Of a stretch of 64,000 nt of DNA, positions 1-14,400 are shown one piece after another; within the stretch, counting starts at the first letter, position 1; every line of letters starts with the position of its first letter. Source of the DNA: Trichoplax sp. H2 (Eukaryota); NCBI GenBank assembly GCA_003344405.1, contig NOWV01000104.1, positions 186,001 through 250,000 on the forward strand. Direction: 5' to 3'. The notes beneath the pieces were generated by a model, which was given only the letters and a program-made list of their open reading frames with translations, was not told the DNA's origin and made no database searches. The position numbers and the translations under genes were made by a program.

Positions 1-2388
<2,388 letters not shown>

Positions 2389-2423
2389 TTATCCAAGGTA
2401 TTTGATTAAGCCTAGCATTTAGC

Positions 2424-2456
2424 ATTGGTTGATTGATTTGCTCGTCACGTACACGT
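2424..2456 (-). promoter_or_regulatory. Candidate enolase proximal promoter: tandem ACGTG cores plus a CCAAT box
   Basis: The minus strand reads GACGTGTACGTGACG (ACGTG at 2452-2456 and 2446-2450), then CCAAT at 2424-2428, about 75-110 bp upstream of the first ATG. Confidence 0.4.
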
Positions 2457-2625
2457 CCATCAACTACTACAGTAGCAAAAGTCCTCTTTCTTGCCTAGTT
2501 ACATAGCCTAAAAACTTGTGCTGGACTACTGACATCTATTGCTAACACCATTATTAGAATTACAACAATGACACTCTACTAATGTGATCTATCGCCATGA
2601 TCGCTTTAACTACTGCAATATTGTA

Positions 2626-3514
2626 CGGTATTGCACTGTTTACTATAGTGATTAGTGGGATCAAAGGCTGCCCTGCAGTATTTTCATCCATCAAATAACT
2701 GATGCAGCATATCTGGGTTACAATCGCTTAAGATTCTAGTTCATTCAATTGTAAAATTAGCATCATTATTGGGATAAATTCAATGATTAATACCATACTA
2801 TTGGAAACATTCTATATCGAAAGAGAGAGAAGCATTTGTACAAAATGATACCTGGTGACAGTGATCGGTCAGGAAAATGAGCTGGAACTCTTCAGTGGCA
2901 GCAATACGAACGGGAGACTGGGTCACTAAATAATGAGCTACAGCTGGGCTCAGCAACCTATATACTGTATACAGTACAGTACCGGGCGTCGGGGAAAGTC
3001 TGGACACATTTTATTTGGCTTTGTATGAAAAATGTGTCCAGATTTTGTCACGTACAGTATATATGTTCTACCTATTGACTGAGCAGGCGCAGCATGGCCA
3101 AAACAGAGAAAAATCGGTGCGTACGCGGGTAGTAAATGAATGTCGTCCTTGGTCGTACTGTCGGTACATATTGTACAGTGCACAGTACACCGTATAGCAG
3201 TACAGTACAGTATAGTGCGTGAGTGAGTACTGCACACTGCACAGTATTGCAACTCGACACGGTAATGGGGTGACATCATTTTGTACAGACTCTGTAGAGT
3301 ACAATGTACGCTGTACAGTACTGTAGTTACAGTATAATCTCTTCAGTACAGTACAGTACTGTACAGTACGGACACAGTGTACAGTACTGTATAGTACAGT
3401 GTACAGTACACTCACTGTACTGTACTGTACTGTACACTACAGTATTGTGACTGAGTGAGTACTGTACACTGTATAGTATTGCTACTCGACACGGTAATCA
3501 ACGGTGCAATACTG
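2626..3514. mobile_element. Possible non-autonomous Tc1/mariner-pogo-type DNA element (degenerate terminal inverted repeats, TA flanks)
   Basis: Left end TA|CGGTATTGCACTGTTTACTATAGTG matches the reverse complement of the right end, TA|CAGTATTGCACCGTTGATTACCGTG, at 21/27 positions. No transposase ORF. Confidence 0.35.
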
Positions 3515-3592
3515 TATTACTTTTATTAAGCTCTCCATCTCATTCGCGGAAAGAATAACGTACAGTACTGTACAGTGTACAGTATAGCAGTA
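2960..3592. repeat. Low-complexity (TACAG/CTGTA)n-rich tract with internal direct and inverted repeats
   Basis: Runs of cagta/tgtac on both strands. A 46-bp imperfect direct repeat lies at 3221-3266 and 3453-3498. A perfect 14-bp inverted repeat lies at 2999-3012 and 3029-3042. Confidence 0.85.
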
Positions 3593-4742
3593 TGCCTTTC
3601 AGTAGATGGAAGTTAAATGATTATTTGATGTGACGTAATCCTATTGTAGAAATTGCGCAATGATGAATGGACGTGGCATTGTTGACAGACGGACAGCAAA
3701 CTGGATGGTGTGCAAAAGCTCGCCGCCGTATATCGTAAATTAAGAGGGTTAATGAATTTCTATAATAGCGTACTTTTTCCACGTTGTGAATCTCGATTTA
3801 TACCGATGATATATCCATGTAATGATTTCAGCTAATTACAGTAGTTATGAAGTAGAAATTACAGTGATACATGTGATGTAGAACTGTGCATCTCAATAAA
3901 ATAAGGATAATTTTATTAATCATGACTTTACTATCTAACCTACTGTACTGTATCTTGCCTTCCTTATTAATACAAGTTGTACTGTACAATCGAACCAGCA
4001 ATGGCTCGCCTATTAGTCCTCCAGTGTAGTCGTGAAAGAATCTAGCATTGATGTTGTGGGTATGAAAACTGTTATGTATGATAGACTGGTAATGTCTAGG
4101 AATTAGGGCAGATAAATTGCATAGCTGCCTAACTGATAAGATAGCCGTATGATACTGATATCGTAACTGTATTGATACGTTCACTAGTAATTTACTAATA
4201 CGTATGTAATATATATATCACTTGTGGGAAAGGCAACCCAGAATAAAGAAGTGGACTCCAAGCATCAGGCTACTTTGCTGTGCCTAACCGAGCATTGCAT
4301 GATTGACCTAGGGTCGCGATAGAGAACATAACGAAAACTATAGCTATTTGTAGCAGAGGTTATGACAATATTAACTGCAGTAAGCTATGGCTTACTAGAG
4401 TTCAATGTGGCGAGTATTTTTATCATTAATTAATGCTAATCAAATGCTATCAATTCTTACTGAATGCATAGTACTAACACTGTCAACTAGCTTAGAAATA
4501 AGCTACCGTATTCGCTACGTGGTTGTCAATACAATTAAAACGAAGCCAGACTACTTGATACATCGTTGGTACACTTACCTGCCAGGTACAAACGATAGTA
4601 AAATAGAGATTAAGCATAGATATTTCGTAATATTAATCTTTAACCAGAGAATATGAATTGCTACAGCACAAGAATGAGTAACAGCTGCGTGGTATGTTGA
4701 TGCATTCGGTTATGTTAAAATTGCAAAATCCACTACATACTG

Positions 4743-4862
4743 TTAAGCTATACTTATAACCAGTTTATAACTGCAGTACTAATCTTCCGAAGGGCTACTT
4801 ATTTAAGCTATACTTATAACCAGTTTATAACTGCAGTACTAATCTTCCGAAGGGCTACTTAT
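4743..4862. repeat. Perfect 2 x 60 bp tandem duplication
   Basis: 4743-4802 is identical to 4803-4862 (ttaagctatacttataac...gggctacttat). Confidence 0.97.
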
Positions 4863-4867
4863 ATACT

Positions 4868-5494
4868 TGTTACGGTAGGGATATCGTAAAGATAAAAATA
4901 AATTATTAATGTCTACCAGAATAATTGCTAATTAATAGAATAGTATTATTATGATATTAATAAAAAGGGTTAATGGAAATATGATTAAATTGTAAATTAC
5001 CAGCAATGGTTACAATGATAGAGACTGATTAAAAATTATGGCATTAATGGAAATTTAGAGTGATAGAATTTAAAACGATTGTTTTCGTACATTAGAGAGA
5101 GAGAGTATGCCTAGCTGTTAATGGCCGAATTGAATAGAGAGTAAAATGAATTAATAGGATTGCATCTCATATAAATCGATGTTAGATTTATCTTAATAGA
5201 AACTAAACTATATAATTTATATGTGTTCTGAATATCACTTATGTATGTGCTAATCTTGTTAAAGATGTATAAGAGCTTCAGAATTAACTATCAAGATAGA
5301 AGAGGTAGATGAATCTGTAGTAAAAGTATTTTTTAATAAAGGCTTATACCTAATGCGGAGCAGTGTTTACATGGCTAAGGTAGTTTGACTAGGTCGTAGT
5401 GACTAGAGACACTTAGCAGCAATAAACTTGGGACTAGTTATACGCGTACTTTTAAATTTAGAAAATTATGCTTGTTTAAATTATGGTTGTAACA
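4868..5494 (+). mobile_element. Solo LTR (627 bp)
   Basis: Perfect 6-bp inverted termini TGTTAC...GTAACA. 5-bp TSD ATACT at 4863-4867 and 5495-5499. TATAAG at 5268, AATAAA at 5335 and 5421. Confidence 0.8.
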
Positions 5495-5530
5495 ATACTT
5501 TAAATATGGAAGTTCATTCCAGATGGTTTC

Positions 5531-5778
5531 TGTTGTAAAATATAATATTATACGCGTAGATTATAATTTGGCATGACTTGTACATTTGTAATCGGTACTG
5601 ATGTAAGCATGTGCTAGAGGTATACATATATGCATGTAGATTGTAGAGAGATGCTAGTTTTTGCGTTACTCTGTGTTGTGTAAAAGTAAAGAACGGAAAG
5701 ATTTCCACTTCTACCTGAAAGGAATTTGTCTACTTCTGATCTATGCTGCTATATCTAATATACTGTATATATACGACA
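5531..5778 (+). mobile_element. Probable older solo LTR (248 bp)
   Basis: Termini TGTTGTA...TACGACA (6/7 inverted match). Flanks GTTTC/GTTTT give a 4/5 TSD match. Confidence 0.45.
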
Positions 5779-8700
5779 GTTTTATTAAGAAAATCCGGCG
5801 CTAAATACTTTCTAATCTGTTAATATCAAATACATACAAATTAACCTTAATCGCTGACATTACTAACCAATCCTTTCATCTAAATGAATTAAGAGATACA
5901 TAGATTCGCAGCGATTTTAGCAATTATGCAAACTATGCAAGGTATATTTTAAGAAACAAAAAGAAATTTTTAGATGTTGTTCGCGTATATCTGATAATAG
6001 AAAATGATGCAGAGGGAATATATTTGACAGCATAATCAAGGGCCAAGATTTAATATATAATAAGATCAAAAGGAATAGATGGTTCGAAGATTATATCGTA
6101 GCTCTTTGATAACAAAGTAAGAATTTATTGGAATTCGACTTGACAAAACTTATATAACAGATGAAAAATAATTTCATTCACCATATCAATATCATCCAAT
6201 ACTATAATTGCACTATTAAAATGGCATACTTTGAACAATACAATATACAATTTAGAAGAATTATTCTATTATACATAGATCAAAAATACGTATTTCACCA
6301 TGTAGTATTGTCCTATAAGAGGCTATACCACAGTGTATTGAATTAGAATGTTTTACATCATGGTAAGAATCCATTTTGATTATGCTATATATCTGTATTT
6401 CGCTCTTTGAATGGGCATGTTTGCTAATCTACAAATAATACTTTATTATGGCATTATTTTTGATTGAAATACTTTACTCTTCATCAACCAATGCTAACTT
6501 TGCAATATTCAATCATTTGGTAGGGCATAGTACGTTGTAAACACATTTGAGAACCACTTTCCAACCAACCAGATTCTAATCCAAGATACTCTATCATAAA
6601 TTAATTAATAATCAATTCCCTTACAATCCTATAGACTATAATTGTGATACTATTTAAAAAATAAAACAATTTTAATCCTTAAGATATATGTCATCAAATA
6701 CAGTTTGTTAAATTAAATGTTTAAATCTCAGTGTACGAGTGTACGAGCATTTATTATTCAATCTTCGTCTAATTAAAATATTGATTTTCTGCATTGCAAT
6801 ATAATACATCACGGACATAAAATAAAATAGTTATGTAAAGATTAATATTATTAATCTGCAGTACGACATATTGTCTATTTTTTTCTCCGAAATTTTAGTC
6901 TCAAATCATTAAGAAGAAAAATAGTAATTATCGATTGACATTCTACGTCGAATGATCCAAATAAAACTATTAGCAAAAACGAAGTTCCAATAGTAGATAC
7001 AAGCAATTAATTAAACTCATTGGCTTTCAAGTTATGTACGACATCTTGATTTTAAATATGCCAGTTAATGAATAAATACAGAATTAGGCATAATGTATTC
7101 AACATTTTATTTCTGTAAGATATGCCATGGTAGGTCTTTCATAATCTTAACTTTTCTTACGCATACTGCAAGTCACGGATTGAACTGAAAGCTTGCCTCA
7201 AAATATCGTCATTAATTTTTTTCATTACAGAGTCTGATAGGTTTTAAATTATCTTTAACAAAGCATATAGAAGCATGAAATATAATTAATATTTCAAATA
7301 ATGTCTACCTTAAGTATAATTGAAGTCGATAAAAATGCTGCCACATCGATTTAAGCAAAGAATAAAAGGAATTCGATAAAGGATATATGTATTCTAGTCA
7401 CGTAATATTTACTAGCTGAGTAATAAAGTTAAACAATTTTTAGATATTAGGAAAAATTTTTAAATCCTTACCTGGTATTTCATAAATCTTAGTGTAGTCA
7501 TTATACGAGTAAATTGATAATAAGAAATTACAGATGTTAAAATATATAATTTAAATAAAGTCTCTATAACCAGATTTAATATGCTATACTTGGCTTTTAT
7601 GCATTACACCTATATTGTTGGAATGAGCTTTAACTCAAATTCACTATAGACCTTTAAATGCAGCATCAATTAATTGAAAAAATTTGTAGATCACTAGAAT
7701 TATGTCAGTTAAAAATAACGGCTGATTAGGTTTCCAGATGCATACTCGTAAAAGAGATTTAGTTGCAATTTCATTTTCGTAATTCCAATAATTTAAAAAT
7801 GGCATTAAGAAAGCATATCAAAACGAACGCAATCTAAATGACTTCAATTTGATTTATTTTGATACGTTACCAATCGTGTTTGGCGCAGGTGTGATTCGGT
7901 TAAATTAATTAATTAATAATGAAAATATTTATTGCAGATAAAATATGACATAAAAGATATTAACAAACGATGGATACGCCTTTCGCGTCATAAAATATTA
8001 TTGATAGTAAATAGCAGCTGATGATAACTAAATTTGTTAAGGGTTCTAGAATCTGAATGGCATCAATTATAATTCCATCACCTGATATGATGCATTGCGT
8101 AATGTTAATAATGTATTCATGATAAAAGTTGACTTAATAAGAAATTTCTAGTTATAATTAGCGTAAGTTACAATATGATCTATAAGGGATCAAAGTTCAA
8201 AAATTTTTTTCTTTTCATTAATAATACGATAGTATATTTTAAGAATATGTGCAATACTTGAGCAATAAGCTCTACCGGCACCTAATAATTAATATTCTTA
8301 AATTTTTTACTCACGAAATGAAAACTTACTTTTATTTTCTATTATTAAAGAAAGTTGCTTTAGTACTGTATATCTAAACCCATTCAACTGACTCCACCTC
8401 TACAGCATAAAATAATATCCTTAAATAAAGTAGTAGTCTTTCTTAAGTGTTGGTAGTCTAACAACTACGCTAACAATGCCATTGCAGTAAAGCACTTGAA
8501 ATATAGAATATTAAAAATTACGTGTCATGTTCGCATTTATGCTTTTATTATCTTCTCCATGTGAACTTGAATGGCGTATGTTAAACTAATTTTTAATGCC
8601 CAACTCTTGTATTGTTATACACTTACTGAAATCTTATATGATTTCTTTGTTTAGCACTGCTCATCTGTAGCGCCAGTGCAAATCTTCTGATCTACACGTA

Positions 8701-10461
8701 TACTGCTACTCTCAGATGATAAATATTATCGAGCTACGTACTAAAATTTGTAATAATTCTACCTTAAAGTAAGAATGTTTTATCGTGAGGCATACTGTAT
8801 ATTATACAATAGTAAGTCAGCATAAAATTTTTATTATTAGGTAAAGTAGTTTTTAAGTAAAATTAGTAGAAGAAAATAAGATTTGCAATCGCATTAAATA
8901 GAAGAAAATACCTGATGTCGGTACTGTAATAATATTTTGTTATTTTAACAGTTTTAATTAACGTATGATAATGAAAATAACCTAAAGATTATTAAAATCT
9001 TAAAATATATAATCATACAGGATTCTTTTTATTAAATGCGATATTTGCCTTGTAGAGATAGCACAAATTAGAATTTTTATCAATGATAATTGAGTATAGT
9101 ATAGAATACTTATGATTTTATACCCCGCACTTTAATTGGCTAGACGACATTCAGTCTACAATTAATTAAAAAAAATTCTATATCGAGTGTTTTAAGTAAG
9201 GATAATTACATTTCATGCCTATTATTATTGTTATATAATTTATTCGTTCAGTTTAAGTCAAAATATGTATCTCCGTTAGTTAATAAGCATTCCAATGCAA
9301 CTTCTACTGATCTTTACATTATGATTTTCTTATATGCAAACGCTACATAATATCCGGAGTAAAACTAGAAAGATATTCAGACTAAATTATTCTATTTTAT
9401 TTAGCAGTAGTAATATAAAAATTACAGTACATAAAGAGTACTCATTATTTTCGGCGAAATAGTTCTTTAACTCTTGCGTATAAAAGATAATGAAAGATAC
9501 AAAATTTGAGATCAATTATAGGTATAAAATAATGACAGGATTCTATTTCTTGTATAAAGAATTAATTAAGCAATCAATTACTAATACTAGTAAATTCCTT
9601 AGATGCAGTACGGATTTAAAACAATGAATGAGTAATAAGAAAATTCGTGATACTCTTAATAGTAGCTTGCACGTATTTACATAGTTATCTCAAATTATTA
9701 AATAGCTTTGCGAAATAACTTATTAACATAGTTCAATGAATAGTTAAATTCCCTTCAAGCCTACAATACCGATTTTTGTGAGAAAGACCTGACATGGGTA
9801 ACCTTTGAATATGATATTATACTCGAAATCACTATGCCAAATAATGATTTAAAATGGCAAGTATTGTCACTCACTAAAATTATCTGCTCTATATAAATGA
9901 TATATTATCATAAAGCAAGAGCAAGCAACGCTATATAGCAGTCATTTGAATAAGGAATTGTGTTAATGTTTAGGAATAGTTGATGATCTAAACCTTAGAC
10001 CATAAGTTTTTTTGATACAAAGAGTAATGTAACCTCGTTTTGACATATATGTAGAAAGAATTTATTAATTCATTCAGATTACTAATAGAATTGGCAATAT
10101 ATATTCAGTTGTTCTATTGAATGGATTTATGGCACAAAATCATAATTTTCTATGTATTTGTACAAAATATTTAACATATGCACATTTATACATTAAATTT
10201 TTCTTTACAATAATGTACAGAGTGAATGTATAACAGTAATGCAGGCGGAAGATGGTATTTTTAAGTCACAAATTGAATAGAAATTAACAGTATAAAGTAA
10301 TAGAAAGTTATATCTGAACAGGATTAACTTATATGTAATATATACGTGATATCTTTGGAATGGTACTTATAGTACTGTAATCATTTTCATTTTGTGGATA
10401 TTTTATGAGTAGTTTTTTTTCATCATTAAGATGTAATTATATATATACAGTAATAGTAATA

Positions 10462-11466
10462 TTATACATATCGTGGATTTGTTGTAGATACTTGACTCGG
10501 TGATCGCTGAAACGGTAATCTTTGGCTATAGCTTGATGAATGAGTAATATTGCCGTCGTCTTTGCATAATGATAACCGAAAATAAAATTGTATATTATAT
10601 TTGAATTCGGGTTTTAGTATCCCGTACAGGAAGGGATTAATCGCTGAATTAGCAGTAATGAAACAAATTGTAATATATAGCGATACATTATTCGATATCG
10701 GTGCAATAAATCTATGAATTAATTCAGAACAAAAGAATGGCGTATAACATACGATAAAACAGGTAACTAAAGCCAACAAAAATGTTGCAGATTTCGATGA
10801 AGGCAAAGAGGACCTAATTTCATTTGTATTACGATGAATGGATTTAATTGATCGCCGTATACGTGAGCATTGGCGTCGAGCTATTTTATATATAACTGTG
10901 TATACATAAATTAATATTACAGTTGGTATAAGATAAGTTATAACAAACACGGTTAAAAAATAAAATTTATCAAGAAGCTTTCCGGTTCGGTATTTAAATC
11001 CATGACATAGTAATTTTCTATGCGTTATAAAAATAACGGGTACGAACGTTAATAGAGAAGAAAACAGCCAAATAAATACGATAGCTTTATATGCCCGAGT
11101 TCGAGTGATGATAAGGTTATTTTTCAAAGGTTTAGTAATATTAATATATTTTATAATACCAATGAAACAAAGGCTGAAGATAGACGAAGTAGTGAAAAAT
11201 ATAGTTGATATCGAATTTAGTAAGCAGATTGCTTCAGATTCAGGTAGAAATCTTTCGAATAACTGGCAGGGTATTGCAAAAATACTGAAGCAAAGATCAG
11301 AGGCAGCAAGATTGGCGACTAAACAATTAGTCGTTGATCTTAATCTTCTTACGTTAAAAAAAATAATCAAGATGCAGGTGTTAGCCACAATACTCACTGC
11401 AGCCAACAGTATGGTAGTCATTGATACAATAAAGGAAAAGGTTTGCACAGTGACTGTTAAATTCAT
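10462..11466 (-). CDS. Intronless class A (rhodopsin-family) GPCR, 334 aa, orphan
   Basis: Seven hydrophobic segments; TM1 Asn (ANT), TM2 NLAASDL, Cys at the top of TM3, TM4 Trp, TM5 Pro/Tyr, TM6 CYTP, TM7 NSAINPFLY. The DRY position reads IKY. Confidence 0.93.
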   Translation of the reverse strand: MNLTVTVQTFSFIVSMTTILLAAVSIVANTCILIIFFNVRRLRSTTNCLVANLAASDLCFSIFAIPCQLFERFLPESEAICLLNSISTIFFTTSSIFSLCFIGIIKYINITKPLKNNLIITRTRAYKAIVFIWLFSSLLTFVPVIFITHRKLLCHGFKYRTGKLLDKFYFLTVFVITYLIPTVILIYVYTVIYKIARRQCSRIRRSIKSIHRNTNEIRSSLPSSKSATFLLALVTCFIVCYTPFFCSELIHRFIAPISNNVSLYITICFITANSAINPFLYGILKPEFKYNIQFYFRLSLCKDDGNITHSSSYSQRLPFQRSPSQVSTTNPRYV

Positions 11467-14400
11467 TCTTGTGCGATGTTCAGTGCCTGTACTTTAGTTT
11501 AAAGGAAAACAGCAGTATTGGTGATCTTCCAAGTTGTACTTGACGGTCAACTTTGATAAATCTGTAAATAAATATCATTATTGAAGTTAGAAGTATGCTT
11601 TTGGCCATGATTATCATACAATCGCTTAAAATTGCTTGATTAGTCGCTCTTTCTTTAATAAACTGATCTCTGTCTTAAAAGAAATTATAAGAAACAATAA
11701 GATCGCCTCTAGCAATTGTAGAAATGCACCGTGTATACTTTTTACTGATGTGATTAGATACTGTACCTTGGAACTAGCTAAAATTAAATTGAATAATCGG
11801 TAGTGATTGCAAAAAAATAACAGTGAGGTTGCATAGTATCACCAAATTGTAAGCTATGAAGACATGTATCACCGGCGATGGTTATTATTGGCAACTGATC
11901 AACCGTAGAGTGAACACGAATTTTGCCTAAAGAAGTACGATATTAATGAACACTCCACAAATTTGAACAATTGCTGTACTGTATCAAGAATGTTATTGTA
12001 AGTACCGAAACTCCCACGATGTTAAGGCTTTTTTGTTATCAACTGACTATATGAAAATAGCCGAGATTGCAATTAAGATATTCTTACTGTGATAGTAATA
12101 CAGCAGTCCATAACAGATGTAAAACATATACCAATTCACTCTTAGTAGGTTCTTTACATTTCTTGGCCAATACTAAATCTGATATGAGATTGCTTTTTCT
12201 CCGGTATTTCACTTTGACTCAGTTCTAACAAATATCTTTATTCACGCTCATAATTTCAAATCAATAAAGAAGATTAGATAATACCATCGCCTGAACATAC
12301 ATTATAACGTTACTTTATCTAGTATATAACATAAGAGCCCCCGACGAATGACGACTAATCATGTTGGAAACGATAATAAAAATTAAAAAATATATTATTC
12401 ATACAGTTTTCAACTGAAGTAATTGAAAAATTTGAGCAAGCATTCGATGTCAGCGTGAATTAAATTAACTACGGTGAACTTGTGGCGGTATAAATTTGTC
12501 ATAAAACTTTATGTAGACGAAAAATGTAACGAACTTGTTATTATACTATGATTTCGGAATAATTTAGGCTACAAAATTAAATATAATGATATATTACGGT
12601 ACTCAAGGTGAAGTCCTTCCGAAATATTGTTAACGTCTAAGTATTTACTGTTATAATTATCAACATCGAAATGCATAGCTACAAATAGAAATAGAATTTA
12701 CCTGCTGCTTTTACCTTCCTCTGAAAATATTTGATACTATAGCGTTGAATGGAGAGTTATTGCAGCCAATAATAAGGACCGTTACTTATCAACTAAATAT
12801 TCAGTAAAGAAAGCCCTAGATATTCTGCCTAAGACCAGGTACATCAAAATTACTCATACATAAGAGATTAGTTCACAATTTTTTCACTCATTACTTAAAT
12901 CGAACATGATAAATGAATATGTTTTTCATGTAGCAATGTCTTTTTTATGCTATTAAATGATAATGGGACGATCAAATCCGATCAACAATGAGTCATAATG
13001 ATGACAAAGTTTCTCTTGTTGTTAATTTAACTTATTGTTATCTCTCCTATGTCAAATACCTTGTGTAACAATACTAAACGTATTATGAATGTAAATTTAT
13101 ACATTTGATTTGAATTAAAAATTTTGTTTGTCTTGTCTGTTGATATAATTTATTTATTTGCAATAGATACAGATTGATCTGTATTTTATGTTTAATTTGA
13201 TGATGCTTATATATTGCGGATTGGAGAGTATTAAATACTAACTGGTAATGTTACATTTATTTTCGAGAATAATACGAAGAGCATAATAATAAATACTTCT
13301 CCTGTTTTTCAATCGTACATAAATATCATATATTGAAGGACTTTCTCGATACTATCAAGACGATGAGACGTAGCTATGTTAAATAGTTTTATGGAAGTTA
13401 ATAGATATATGAAAGAATAATAATTTAGTGCATTAAGTTTCTCACGGCTACGTAAGATGGAAATGAACATGTTATGGTTGAATGGTGAAAATTGGCGGTG
13501 GCAATATCCACTTTAACAATAGGTAATAAAAACCAAAGCCTTAATTTTTTATCCAGAGTGCTTGTTATCGTTTTGGCATAAATTATCATTTACATTGTTA
13601 CAGCTTAAATTCAACATTTAAAAACATGAAAAACTTATCAACTCATTCAAAGTGAGTATAATGATCTGTCAATCAAACTAAAATTGGCATGAAGATGATT
13701 TATTACAAGAAGAGCTTTGTCGATCTCCGGATGTTTTTCGCTTATTTCTATTAAATTGCTACTGAGTAGAGTTAAAATTTTGCTTTATACTAAAATATGA
13801 TTTGATTACATGAATAATCATAAGTAGTCATTAAGGAAATATTTCCAAGCGTATCTTGATCTACATGATTTCAATTGATCGTCTTTCAAAATTGTAATTA
13901 TTATTTATCATAGGTGGATTGAAATCAGTTTAAATGGAAAGTTTATTTACGTAAAAATATAGGGCACTCGAGTTTATAGAAAATTAATCACTATTTGAGT
14001 GTTGCTCGGTTTTTATCAATCTTGTATTACATTGATAACCAAAATGATAAATTAGCAGTATGCAATATGAGCACTATTACAACACAATCTGTATATTACG
14101 ATGTTTTAACTGTTCCTTTTTCGCCTAATAATCAGTATGCCATGAAGTATTCATGAAAATTTATGCGTTATCCATCTACTCTATGACTATTGGCTAACCA
14201 TATATTAAAATAGAGTTGAATCATACTTTTTAATGTTTTTTTCGATTTAAAATGAGTATCTATCATAGCAGCATATCTGAATTGTAATCCTAATTCATAG
14301 GTAATTCTGCCGCCAGTTTTGTACATATCGTGGGAGGATCCATAAGGTCAGTCAGCCTAGAAAGTAATAGAATTGTTCTAATCACAATCACAGACATACG

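Noticed and set aside
2798-3415. Five overlapping ORFs rich in Tyr/Cys/Thr/Val
   Set aside because: They are translations of the TACAG/CTGTA low-complexity tract and show no protein motifs.
3160-3520. Possible CRISPR-like repeat-spacer array
   Set aside because: Only two imperfect 46-bp copies in simple-sequence DNA, no regular spacers, no cas genes, and a eukaryotic context.
3741-3752. piggyBac-like terminus (AGAGGG-TTAA)
   Set aside because: I found no matching TTAA-CCCTCT left end and no transposase in the window.
4349-4665. TGTAGCA...TGCTACA inverted termini resembling a solo LTR
   Set aside because: The flanks (CTATT / GCACA) give no target-site duplication.
10462-11466. Opsin identity for the GPCR
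   Set aside because: The TM7 position equivalent to the retinal-binding Lys is Thr, and nothing else points specifically to an opsin.
11105-11497. 130-aa plus-strand ORF
   Set aside because: It is an antisense shadow of the GPCR coding sequence with no recognisable domain.
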